The notes under the pieces: generated by a model | Databases searched by the model: none | Told to the model about the DNA's origin: nothing | Seen by the model: the letters and a program-made list of their open reading frames with translations, nothing else | Source of the DNA: Neodothiora populina | Lineage: Eukaryota | Direction of reading: 5' to 3' | NCBI RefSeq assembly: GCF_041146345.1 | Contig: NW_027191404.1 | Location: 2,232,001-2,296,000 of the forward strand | Length of the DNA stretch: 64,000 nt | In this document: piece after piece, positions 25,590 through 37,975 of the stretch | How the letters are laid out: the number at the start of each line of letters is the position of its first letter | Numbering within the stretch: the first letter of the stretch is position 1 | Translations under genes and position numbers: made by a program

Positions 25590-27528
25590 ATGGCACCCAT
25601 ACAAGGTAAGAAGACTCATCTAGGCCGTGACATGTGAGATTCCACTTACTGATTTGCCCCGCAACAGTGGTGGTGAAACACCAGGGTAAAAAGTACGATG
25701 TCGAGCTTGACCCAGAGGCCACCGGAGAGACTTTCAAATATCAGCTGTACTCTCTCACCAACGTCGAGCCGGAAAGACAGAAGATCCTTGTCAAAGGTGG
25801 CCAACTGAAGGATGAGACGCCACTCTCTTCGCTCAAAGCGAAGCCTGGTCAGCAGTTCATGATGATGGGCACGCCGTCCGGAGATGCAGCAGGAATCATC
25901 GAGCGACCAAAAGAGCAGATCAAATTCTTGGAAGACATGACAGAGGCAGAGAAGGCGCAAGCATCGTGGGCCACTCCGGCTGGTCTGCAGAACCTCGGAA
26001 ACACCTGTTATCTCAACTCCTCTCTCCAAGTGATGAGGAGCATTCCTGAGTTGAACCAGGCATTACAGTCCTACTCCGAGAGCGGAAGCTCTGGCTCCAG
26101 TAACCTCAGTCAGTTCGGCCTTGGCGGGCTCGGTGCCTCCAACGACCTTGTTGGTTCGCTCCGTGATCTCTACAAGCAAATGTCCGAGACCGAGGAGGGC
26201 TTCCCGCCCCTTGTTTTCCTCAACGCGCTTCGACAAAACTACCCGCAATTCGCTCAAAAGTCCAAGGATGGCCATGGCTACGCCCAGCAAGACGCCGAAG
26301 AAGCATGGTCTTCTATCTTGCAGACTGTGCGTCAGAAGCTAAAGGGCTCGACTTCATCTTCATCTTCCGGCTCGACTCCAGCCAACCAGCGTGGCGATAG
26401 CTGGATCGACAGCTACATGGCTGGAACTTTCGATCAGACCATGACTTGCGACGACCCTGCAGCGAGCGAGGAGCCTGTCAACAGTAGCGACATTTTCTTC
26501 AAACTCGACTGTAACATCCGGGGAGACACCAATCACTTGCGCGACGGTATCAACATTGCTCTCAACGAGACTATCGAGAAGACGTCGCCATCGCTTGGTC
26601 GCGAAGCAACATACACCAAGCGATCTCGCATTTCACGTCTGCCCAAGTACCTGCCTGTGCACTTTGTTCGCTTTTTCTGGAGAAAGGACACCCAGAAGAA
26701 GGCCAAAATCATGCGCAAGGTCACTTTCCCTGCAGAGCTCGACGCGATAGAGTTCTGCACCGACGAACTCAAGGCGCAGCTCATTCCTGTGCGCGACCGG
26801 GTCCGCGAGGTGAGGAAAGAAGAGGAAGATGTCGAGCGTGCCAGGAAGAGACAAAAGCGTATGCGCAAAGAGGAGGACGACATGAAAGCAACCGAGAGCA
26901 CCAGTGAGCCTTTGAAGAAGCGCAAGGAAAAAGAGGAGGAGCGAGAAAAGGAAAAGGAACGTGCGACCAAGGCTACAGGCCCTGCAACCACAAGCGAGCT
27001 CGCGAAAGAGAAGAAGTCGAGTGGCCAAGACGTCGAGATGGGCGGCACCGAGTCCTACAAAACTGACGAGCAGATCGAGCATGAGCGTGCTTCCTCGATT
27101 CTTGCTGCAAAGAAAGAGCTTCTCGCTGCTGTCGATCCCAAGCTTGCTGCCGACTCGACCGCAAACCAAACCGGTCTGTACGAATTGAGGGGTGTCATCA
27201 CCCATCAAGGCTCCAGTGCTGATAGCGGTCACTACACTGCGTATGTCAAGAAGAGTGGCAAGAAAGGCGCTGATGGCAAGATTGAGGAGGAGGATGGCAA
27301 ATGGTGGTGGTTCAACGATGACAAGGTCTCCGAAGTCGACGCAGAGAAGATCGAGACTCTCGTTGGGGGTGGTAAGTTTCTGTGCTACGACTGATCTCCT
27401 GCTCTTCAAATGCTAATTATGCTGCAGGTGAGAGCCATTCCGCCTTGATCTGCCTTTACCGCGCAGTCGAGCTGCCTTCCAAGGAGGACATCGAGAAGGA
27501 GGAAAAGTCGCTCGCTTCCGCTGCTTAG
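25590..27528 (+). CDS. UBP6: Proteasome-associated deubiquitinase Ubp6/USP14 (3 exons)
   Basis: N-terminal UBL domain; Cys box GLQNLGNTCYLNS; QQDAEE; His box HQGSSADSGHY, WWWFNDDKV, GGGESHSALI. Confidence 0.96.
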
Positions 27529-27877
27529 ACCGCCTCATTTGTGATCGACCCATGACTAGATGATGTAGAATGAGCAAAGTCGCTATGACACCTTCACAGG
27601 ATGAAACCTGGGCTTTGTCCGCCATTCTCGCATTGCTTGTCCTGCATTTCCGCGTGAATCATGTAGTTGTGCGACAAGCGACATGTGCTTGTCTACGTCT
27701 TCTTAGATCGCAATCGCGAACCTCGTCCGAGGCTCATCTCGGCAGGAGGGCCGTCGGTGTCGGGTGCCACTGGATCGTATTCGCGAATCCGACCTGATAG
27801 TTGCCTCTGCTCCCTTGTAGGTCCATCATCAGGATAGATGTTTCTTTCAAAGGCATAATTGTATTTCCTTCGCTTGT

Positions 27878-28288
27878 TCAAGTATCGGTCTTCCCACCCT
27901 TGCCAGATTGCGCCTCGGCTTCCGAGGCGGCTTCCTCGCCCAATATCTTACTAGCAGCCATGAACCTAGGAGCAAAGTCAGCAGTTCTTCCACGCATGCA
28001 TCCAATCAATCGCGCGAAGCACAACGCATCCTCGCCTCCCTCCAGATTTAATTATAAAACTCACATTCCACCAGCATACCCGCCCAACCCCCTCAGACTC
28101 TCGGCCTGCACGGCAGTCATGCGCAACAGATTCTCCAGATCGCTCATGTGCGCCGTCAGTTGCGCCAGCTGCGAGTGCAGGTGGGAGAATTGACGCGCTT
28201 TGGACGCCGATGTCGAGGACGATGACGACGAGTAGGTTGACAGTCGGGCATTGTTTGCTTGGGACGAGGGGCGCGAGTGTGAGGACAT
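27878..28288 (-). CDS. HSK3: DASH/Dam1 kinetochore complex subunit Hsk3 (1 intron)
   Basis: KARQFSHLHSQLAQLTAHMSDLENLLRMTAVQAESLRGLGGYAGGM|FMAASKILGEE. Confidence 0.88.
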
Positions 28289-28696
28289 TATTGTTTTTCG
28301 GGTTCAGGGTTGAGATTGAGATTGCTTGGTTTGGTGGGATGCGTGGGTGTTGTTCTTTCCGCGCGAGATAGGGCTTTTGATAGTAGGGGTGGTAGATAGA
28401 TGCGAGATAATAAATGCGTTCGCGGGTAACAAATGGTGCAGCAGAGTGCAGTACCTCACAGTATCAACAATGCGAATGCGGAGAAAGGACCGTTGTGTTT
28501 AGTATTATAGCGAGTCACGTAGCCTCTTTAACAAGAAATATATCGAGCCGGGGATAACAGCTCCGGATTAACGACTGCCACAAATTAATCCCTGCGTCCA
28601 CCAGATCTCTCTGGACCCGATCTCTGATTACCGACATTTGCTACTCAACAGATCGAAGATATACATCTGAACTGTAGCTTCAAGCGTTCCCTCAGA

Positions 28697-29051
28697 ATGT
28701 CAGCAGCAACCACTACTCAAGCGGTCAGACGCTGGGTCATGACCGGCAGCGTGGCAGCCATAACCATGACCGGGGCATGGTATGGAGCAGGACTGAAGAC
28801 TCAGCACGAATTCAAGCAGGTAAATCCTTCCTGTCCCTGGTCCTCTCTCTAGTCCGTTGCTCGCAATCTGCATTCAGTAGACTGACTGTTGATGATCACA
28901 GGAAGTGCAAGCACGGAAAGAAGCCTCTGCCGCAGAAAGAATCGCACAATTGGAAGTCTCGAGGACCGAACTCGCCAGGAAGAGAATCGCCATCCAGAAG
29001 AAACTCGATGAACTCGCGACGAAGTCTGCTAAAGCACAGGATCAGAGCTGA
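28697..29051 (+). CDS. Small (90 aa) hypothetical protein with a TM segment and coiled coil (intron 28820-28901)
   Basis: MSAATTTQAVRRWVMTGSVAAITMTGAWYGAGLKTQHEFKQ|EVQARKEASAAERIAQLEVSRTELARKRIAIQKKLDEL...; in-frame GT..CTGAC..CAG intron. Confidence 0.75.
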
Positions 29052-30198
29052 AGATAATCTGGCTCAGATTTTGAATGAAACAGGACGATGAGTTGGTCCA
29101 CCACATGCTGGTATCACGGAAAGGACTGCAGGTCGGAGTAGGCGGAAGGGTTTCTGCCCCTGTGGCATAGATCTACGACAACCAGGGTCTACCCCGTTGT
29201 CGCCAGACTTGAGTAGACCATCATTGTCCGCTGCATGATCGGACCCTACGATTGTGTCATGTATAGCATGAGAAAAGCGCTGTGAAAGACCTACTGCCCG
29301 GGTCCACCTGCAATGCAAGCAGGATCTATGAAACCTGGCGGGGTCCAAATGTCACCAATGGCCACACTGTCTGAAGGGTGGCGAAAAGTCGACAAGGTGG
29401 CTATTGCACCATCTACGGTCTTTCCCAAAAGCATATCGGACAGTCGTCAGGAGCATAGGACAGACTCCAGCGAAGCGGTTACAGCTTTGCATCATTAAAA
29501 CCCTTTGGCCTCAGAGTGTGCTTATGCGACATGGAGATCGTACCAGCTTCTCGGCCCAATCCGCCGTAAGTTGCTGGACAGCTATCCTGTCTCTAAGATC
29601 TATTTATTTGGGGGAGGATCCACCCCAGAAGAATCCTTCGGAAGGGAAAAAGCCAAATCACTGTTGCGATGACATGAACCTGGCAGCTTGCATGTGTTCA
29701 CCTCTCTTCCCGGGCTCTGAGAGCATCTACATTCCTATCACTAGAAACTGCGCTGTAGTAGCGATCGACTCCTGCGACTGGCTTTCGTTGCGGATGTCAA
29801 GATCAAGGAAACCCCGATGTAGAGCCTCCTACGAAGGCCCATACCCGAGATCAAAAACATATGACATGGAGGCTAGTAGCGTAGGCAAAGCAATGTTCAA
29901 TCTCTTGAGTTTTATAACCATAGGAAAGTGGCGTCTTACGGTCTCTAGAGCTGCTCCGTCTTCCGTCCTGATGGCTGTTTGGGCTGACTCCAAGCTAGAG
30001 AATGGCGCGTCAGAGTCCAGTCCAAGGCAGCGCGCTCCTTCCTTGGACGTGATATAAGACTTTCCCACTCCAGCACCCCCTTTTTCCACAATCCAATTGT
30101 CCCCTCCTCGAGCGTGCATTCTTCTTCTGTGAAATGTCTCGTGCGCCTGTTTAGTAGCCTTCCTTTGTTCTCGCCTGCCTTTTTAGTCCTCCGAAATC

Positions 30199-32733
30199 AT
30201 GTTTTACAGTCACGAAGGTACGTCTAAACTTCCATTGCTGACTCCTCGCAAGCAACTGACGCGTCTTCAACAGTCCTTACCTCGCGACAGTATGGCGTCG
30301 CCACGGTATGGTAAGATATGCGCCAGACACCGTCATACGCATCATCGTGCCCGTGACTGACAATCACGGATGCCAGGCTCGTTGCAACTCTAGGTGCAAA
30401 GTCCACTTCCAAGAAGCTTAACCGCAAGGCGATCCTTGAAGTCAATGTGCCCAAGGCCTGCGAGACCATCATCGCGCCAGCTGCACCTATGGCGTTGCGG
30501 CTGCAGAGCAATCTTCTGTAAGCCTAGGAAATGTTCGCGGACCAGGCCACGTGCTGATCGATCATAGGTATGGCGTCGTTCGCGTCTACAGCGAGCAATG
30601 TGGCTATGTGCTTGTCGATGTGCAAAATGCTCAATATAACATGCGAACGCTTCTATTCAACGCCAGTTCAGGCAAGCTAGAAGGGAAGCACAAGGCCAGG
30701 TACGTTCACTCGCCATGTCTGGTACGGTTGCGTCTTTGATCGTCACTGATGATGAGGATGATCTAGACCCGATCAGGTGAACCTCAAAGAAGATGCCTTA
30801 TTCGACCTGAGCCATCTTTTCGACTTGGATTTGGATGACTCTCATGACATTGGCTTCACTAGTTCAGGCGCATCGGACCTGAATAGCCTTGACTCGTCTC
30901 ACCGTACAGGCTCAAGTGCGCCCAGCTCTATGCATGCAGATATCGAACCGATCAAGGACATCGAGATTCCACCCTCTGCTAGCTCGTCTACTCACGGCCT
31001 CGGAGGATTCAGTGCTCGTGCCATCGGGAGCGCCACTGGTAGCCGTTCCGAGAGCAGCATCTATAGACGCGAGGAGGACGAAAGGATGTTCGATCCTGGC
31101 TTTGCTTTCGACGATATGGGTAACATTATCGAAAATATCCCAGCAGGCAGCCAGGAGGTTGTTACCACTGAAGATAATCCAATCATGCTTAGAGATCCCG
31201 ACGCCCTGAATCGCGACGCCGATGAGGACGTAGAGATGGATCTGCCTCGAAAAGACTTGGTAAGTGAGCGGCGCTGTAGTGTATTCACAAAAGCTGAATA
31301 AGGCAGTATCGCATCGATGACGACGACAGCAATTTCCTGCCTCAAGATGGCCGCGAGGCATACGACGATGCGGAAGCCTTCCCTACTCGTACACATCAGC
31401 AGATCGGTGTTGCTGGGCCATCGATGCCGCCATCAAGCCAAGATGATGAATTTCTCGAGGATTCTCCAGAGCCCGTGGATGACATTGCCAATGCTCCTGC
31501 ACAACGTGTAAGAAGGAAAAAGGCCATTCCCCTTGACATGCAGCAGGAGTTGCACAACAGTGATCTCACAGAGTGGACCAACAACTATCTCCTTCATATG
31601 CGTGATGCGTCCCGTGGCAAGGTACAAGCGCGATCCACCGCATTAGCGAAAAGGAACGCCGAGTACTGGCTTTTCGACAGCGGACTGGGTGGACTTAGTG
31701 ATGTTGTCGGCAGAGAAGCAATACCGCAGCCGTTGCGCATGTTCACTGGCCGCGCTCTGCTGGAAGCTTTTACCGGCATGCATACGGGAGATACCGGAGA
31801 AAAACGACCCAGGAACCAAGAGGATGAAGAAGATCAAGCTGGGGTCGACGTGAACGGTCGTCGCGTGCGTGTTCGCAGCAGCGAAGGCGAGATGGCAAGA
31901 GCTAATGACGATCTGATAATGGCAGACGTCGGTAATGATGGTGGTGATTATGACTATACAAATAACGGCGCTGTCGATGAAGCCGGAGGGGAGGTGAGTG
32001 TGAGAATGGTGGTCCTTGTTGGACACTGCTCACTCAATGACAGACAACTGAAGTCGGCCGAGAAGCACATACCCCTCTCGCAGAGCATGCATCTTCTTTG
32101 ATGCCGTGGAACAATTCTGCTTCTCTTCGCGGTTCATCTGCTCGTGCCGTAGGCGGCATTCCTTTTTCCCTTGGAGGCGCTACCACTAGCTCGGCTGGCG
32201 GAGGCCGATTTTATGGCCTAGGGCCACCAAGCAGTCGTGCTAACAGCCGCTTGGTCTCACCCAGCCCGTTGTATCAGCATGGTGTTGGAGGAGCCAGTAT
32301 CGAACCGCCTCTCGACTTCGGACCAGGTTTAGATGAGCACATGCCAGGCGACGAGCTCCACACAGCAGGAACCGAAGCCAATGTCGAACAGTACGAGATC
32401 TTTGGTCCAGCCGCCGATGTGCCGACTCAGGTGGCGAACGAGATGACATGGCTGCGCCAAACATTGGACACAGAATCTGTCCACTTCCTCGCCTTTGTAC
32501 AAGCCGCTATAGTGGCAGCCAACGAGGGCCGCGATGCCAGGAATCTGACAGATGTCGATGATGCCGATGACAGCATCCCTTTCGAAACTCTGCTCCCTCC
32601 TACGCAGAACAGCCGTATCGTTGCCGCGCAAGGTCTTCTGCACGTCCTGACTCTCGCTACCAAGAACTTGCTCCACGCGGATCAGGATGCCTACCTCGGA
32701 CCCATCAACATACATCTCTTAGGCCGTGTCTAA
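30199..32733 (+). CDS. REC8: Meiotic kleisin cohesin Rec8 (Rad21/Rec8 family), 7 exons
   Basis: MFYSHEVLTSRQYGVATVWLVATLG..PMALRLQSNLLYGVVRVY N-terminal domain; C-terminal winged helix FETLLPP..IVAAQGLLHVLTLATK..QDAYLGPI. Confidence 0.88.
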
Positions 32734-33065
32734 ATGTGTACTGCACCAGTACATACAGGAGACACCAGCCGTTGTCACCATGCTTCCAATGGTATGCCTC
32801 TGGATGTACTCTCCGTTCATGGCTAGCCCTGCTTACATTTCCTTCTCGTTCGTCTCTTCTATGTCATTTGTTGTCTTTTATGCTGATCCCGCGTTTTTCT
32901 TTCATTATGCTCTATGTATGCTGGCGTCGAGCGTCAGCGTCACGATGTCGTGATTGATTTTCAGATGATAGAAGAGTAGTTCGCCTTATATTCGTATGAC
33001 TACAAAATGCTTTTTAGCTCAAAACGCAAGGAAATGCAAACTGTAAGATTTCGCCAAACGGGCCA

Positions 33066-33760
33066 CTATAAGCCGCTACGAGAGGCGAAGTGGCTATCGC
33101 CACTCTCCAGTGAGGCAGCCTCAGCTCTCAAAACCTCTGCTCTGAATTTCCTGAACTCCGTGTCAATCCTTTGTCTGGCCTCGGGGTCACGTGTGATGGT
33201 CCTGCCTGCCGCAGCGCTGCCAGTCAAGAGGCCCAATTCACCACCGAAGAAGAGACCGCCAGTAGCGAACAGAGTATAGGCTGCGAAGTCGCCGATTGTC
33301 GTGGGCTTCAGCATAGGCGTCAGATCTGGCAGAGGTTCTGTTTTGCGCGTATGCCATCAGTATGATTCTGACATTTCTAGACGGCCGTTCTCGGCTCGTG
33401 CAGTGAGAGCTTACCCGTTCTTCCACCTGCGAACTGAACATGCGTGGGTTTCTCTGCGGCGCGGAAGGCCTGGAACACAGCGTTTCTGTTCGCACGTACT
33501 CGGTAGGCAAGGAATAGTCCCAGGCCCACGCCGATCATCGAACCCACGGTGGTGTACGTGGAGACCTTCTTCGCGGCTGAACGGAGGGTGTCGCGGTCCT
33601 CTGGCTTAAGACTGCATGGGGTCAGTTGGTTGCGATGAGGACATTGGTACGAGTGAATGGTGGGAGAGATGCACACTCACTCTCTGAAATGGTGGTCGGC
33701 TAGCTTCCCTAGGTCGTCACCCATGGACTTTCGGAAGAGCGCAAGTGAATCAGAAGACAT
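33066..33760 (-). CDS. Conserved fungal hypothetical membrane protein (2 TM segments, 3 exons)
   Basis: Spliced MSSDSLALF..ADHHFRDLKPEDRD..GSMIGVGLGLFLAYRVR..EKPTHVQFAGGRTEPLPDLTPMLKPT..GGLFFGGELGLLTG. Confidence 0.8.
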
Positions 33761-34251
33761 GATTTCGGTTGATGGTTATTGATGTTTCTAGGAAAGCAGT
33801 ACTACTGATGGTATGGATTTTGGCGTGCGCGGTTGTTGGAGAAGAAGGAACAGTGTTTGCGATCAATGGGAAGATCACAACACGATGTACGAATCAAAGG
33901 TACTAAAATTACCACAATATTACCAGCATTCTACTATGCATAGGTCAGATACGCATCACCTCGGATATGGTGGTTGTTTTAGCCCGGCGTCTGATGTCAC
34001 GGGCGGGCATACGCGGGTGCATGCAGCTGAGAGCTATCCCCACAATTCAGCGGAAGTGGAGAGACCCTCGGTACTTGCTGTGGCTCGGTGACAACCCTCG
34101 GGATAAATGGAGTGCAGATCCGGTTCATCACCACGTTCACCAGCACGTTGTGTCCTAACACAAGTTTGAACTCACTTTCTCGTTCCTGTATCTTCTTCCG
34201 TGTTCAACAGCCAGATCAGAACCCTAGTAGACTACTCACATATATCGGAAG

Positions 34252-34983
34252 ATGACGGACTCAAAGGACAGCACGGCTCTAGCGGCACAGCAGGAGAACC
34301 CTCGTTGGGCTGCGGTAGACCATTTCGCTGTCGCAGAACTGCAGAAGGCAACGAAACCTCTCAATGCAGCTCTTGCATTTGCTGCCAAGAATAGCCAAGA
34401 GAACGGTCTTCCAGACATTGCAGTATCCCCCATGCAGGGTCACTTTCTACAGATGCAATGCCGCCTGTTGGGGGCCAAGAATATCCTCGAGGTAGGCACC
34501 TTGGGCGGCTACAGCACAATCTGTCTGGCTTCTTCGAATCCTGACGCAAGAGTTGTCACTGTTGAGTTGAGCGAGAAGCATGCCTCCGTTGCAAAGAAGG
34601 CCTTCGAGAACGCCGGTGTTGCGGACAGAATCGAGATCCTGCTCGGACCTGGTCAAGAAGTCCTCAAGAAGCTCGAGCAAGAAGTCGCTTCTGGAGCTCG
34701 ACCCAAGTTTGACTTCTCATTCATCGATGCCGACAAGGAAGGCAGTCCTGCATATCTCAAACAAAGCACAGCAATGTCGAGACAGGGCGCTTGTATCATC
34801 GTCGATAATGTGGTCAGGAAAGGCAGTGTCGCCTTCTTGGATGACGCCGAGAAGGACTCTCGAGTAATGGGCTCGAGAAAGGCCATCATCGCTGCCGGAG
34901 AAGATCAGAACTTGGATTCTACGGTCATCCAGACCGTCGGTGATAAAGGCTACGACGGCTTCCTCATGTGCGTTGTGCGTTAG
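34252..34983 (+). CDS. SAM-dependent O-methyltransferase (family 3, CCoAOMT/COMT-like)
   Basis: GLPDIAVSPMQG, ILEVGTLGGYSTI, FIDADK, IVDNVVR, KGYDGF. Confidence 0.93.
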   Translation: MTDSKDSTALAAQQENPRWAAVDHFAVAELQKATKPLNAALAFAAKNSQENGLPDIAVSPMQGHFLQMQCRLLGAKNILEVGTLGGYSTICLASSNPDARVVTVELSEKHASVAKKAFENAGVADRIEILLGPGQEVLKKLEQEVASGARPKFDFSFIDADKEGSPAYLKQSTAMSRQGACIIVDNVVRKGSVAFLDDAEKDSRVMGSRKAIIAAGEDQNLDSTVIQTVGDKGYDGFLMCVVR

Positions 34984-35583
34984 AAAGATGCTTGCTTGGC
35001 GGCTTTGCATGAACATATATGATCATGAATTTTGTTTACCTTATAGACGATAGACGACGTACAATCCGATACACGAAGCATGTTCGATATGCTGCAAGAA
35101 AAAAGAATCAGAGACTATCCACTCCTATTGCTCCTATCAACTCTAGCGATTTTCTAGGACCGCACATGTTAAACAGCACGTGTTGCCAAGGTGCCGCTCC
35201 GCATGCTCTGCGTCTGTTTGAGCACGTTTCCCATGCCTCCGTTGTTCAAGCATGGGGAAGTTGATCTGACCTTACTACTGAACACAGCCTTGCCAATGAA
35301 CGTTTTCAATGCCGACACACTAATTAGGTCCAGCCTGTTATCTTTCGCAGTACATGTTCAAGATGAATATGTGTTTTGCCTCTTTAGTCGGTGTAGTTGA
35401 GCACTTTCGATGCGCCACAGAACTCACAAGCCGCCTGTGCACTTGCCTTACTTGCTCCAATACGCGCAGCAACACAGCACAGATAGCTCCAGTAAGTACG
35501 AATTGATATATGTAAGTGATAAGTTCCGTCTTTTCTTGGGTCCCTTCCAATCTCATCCAATCCTTACTTTCCCTTTATGCAAC

Positions 35584-37528
35584 ATGGAGTCAGTCAACAC
35601 AACCTTCCTCCCTCTGAGTGACCCCTTGTGTGCCAATGAAACTTGTTTGGCATTTGCCGCTGCTGCGGACGCATCTCAGGCGCAAATATCATGGCTGTCG
35701 CAATTTGCGTATGGACGATGGGTGACATACTACTACTGCGGGATCATTGGCGTCTTCGCATTGGTCTATACCCGGCATGCCGTCTCGGATCGCTTCGTCT
35801 ATAAGCATGACAGAAACACTAGGACAAAGGCACCCACTCTAGGCGACAAGTTGCTTGCGGTGGGCAGGTATCTAAGTTATCGACGTCTAAGAGGGCACAT
35901 GGGCAATACTCTAGCTTTGCCATCTCTTGGTGTCGGTGCCTTGATCGTCCTGAGCATGCTGTATGCTCTGCTACTGGCATTCGTGCAGCGACCGTATTAC
36001 CGCGAACGCCGAGACTATGGTTCACCTCCTCTGGGAATCCGCGCTGGAATGGCAGCAACAGCACTTACTCCTCTGGTCTTCGCGCTGGCAGGGAAAAACA
36101 ACCTTATCACGTTGCTTATAGGTATCAGCCACGAGAAACTCAATGTATTTCATAGATGGGTGTCCTACATCTATCTTTTCTTCGGCGTTGTACATACTAT
36201 ACCATTCATAGTCGCCGCACTAAAGGATGGTGGAAGTGAGAGACTGCATTATCAATTCACTTATGATGGTATGTAAAGTGTTACATGATCTGACGATTTC
36301 TCCCGTGGTGTCTGACCATTACTCCCTCCGCCTAGGATCGATGGAATACACCGGCATAGCACCCTTCGCGGTTCTAGTCTTCCTCTGCGTCGCCTCCGCC
36401 TATCCTTTACGCCGCTACTTCTACTCTCTGTTTGCGAAAAGCCACATTCTTGGCTCCCTCGCATTTCTCGGCACCATGTTCTGGCACTGCGAAAACCTCA
36501 TAGACAGCTGGTACTATCTCTGGGCAACTCTAGCAGTTATGCTGCTGCAATGGACGATCCGGGCTTTCTCCAACACAACCTTCTTCGAAATGAGTGGAGA
36601 CGTCGGTGGATGGAAGAGGGCAGGAGAAGTATCTCTCGAGGTGCTGGAAGGTGATATGTGCAGAGTGAAAATGCATGTGACAATGAGCTGGCTACCCGGT
36701 CAGCATGTCTTCCTTCGCATCCCCGAACTAGGAATGTTCGCCAACCACCCCTTCACCATCGCCTCAGCTTGCCCTGCGCAGCTCGAGTCCGAGACTCGTT
36801 CAGAAAAGCATCAAAGCATCGACTCCAACGAATTGGTCTTGCTCATCCGTCCCTATCGCGGCCTGACGAAGAAACTCATCAACCACAACGGCGCCTCGTT
36901 ATACGGCATGATCGACGGACCATACGGCGGCATCTCAAGACAAGTGCACATGGCCTACGACAACGTCATCCTCGTCGGCGGCGGAGGCGGCGTCTCAGCT
37001 CTGCTACCTTGGCTCGACGACCTGAGCATGAAAATGCAGCAGTACAGCCGCGACGGCACCGTGCGCATCGCTCATCTGTCTCTGGTATGGTGTATCCGCG
37101 AGGCGAGTGCCCTGACATGGATACGCGACGTGCTCGACCGATACATGGAGAGACTGCCTGCGTCCGCCCTCTCGATTAACGTCTACATCACTGGTGGCGG
37201 GCTTGACGCTGAAAACGCCATCTCCGCCTCGCCCCCTCGGCAAGCTTCGTCTGTCGAGACAGCGACTGTACCAAGAGTGACTGACGGCACTGCAAAAGAA
37301 ACGACCGTGCAGATAACAGAAAGACCAGCACTCATCATCCACGCCCAGCGGCCATTCATGCCAGATATCCTGACCGACGGCATCCGAGCAGGCAGGTCAC
37401 TATACATTGGCTGTGGTCCAGAGAGCATGAAGACCGACCTGTCGAATTTTGTGGCGGATGCGCAGAAGAGAGTGCTCAAAGGGACTTGTGCGGAGGTTGC
37501 GCTGCATACTGAGACGTTTGATTGGTAG
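35584..37528 (+). CDS. Ferric/cupric reductase (FRE family), 1 intron
   Basis: TM domain with heme His residues (HRW, VHT, SHI, FWH); FAD motif HPFTI; DGPYGG; GGGGGV; C-terminal CGPESM..HTETFDW. Confidence 0.92.
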
Positions 37529-37975
37529 GTTGATGATTTTTGAATATACTATTTGGTTGCTGGTTTTAGGGCGACCCTGTCCAAATTATGCTCGCTCCTA
37601 CTCGTATTTCGCTTCTTGTTGATTTAGTGTTGCATAACATGGTAATACTGGCAGAGGCTACGTTGCTCAACTCTTTTTGTAGAGGCGAGAATGTCGGACA
37701 TTTGCGGTAATGATCAACTCTTTTCACCTACGGCCCTCTGCTATGACACATAATCGCAGAATATAACACTTGTGCTTCTGAACATCAGCAGCAACCACTT
37801 TGCTCTGGCCATGGTGCAAGATGTATGATTTGACGTCAATGTCAATTGAGTATAGATGGATGTATATATAAACAAATGCGATCTTACAAGCCACGCATGG
37901 CCATCATGTATTCATCATGTCGATGTCTTCATTATCTACGTGTTCAACATTCGTCGTGGAGTTTCGAGGGATAAT

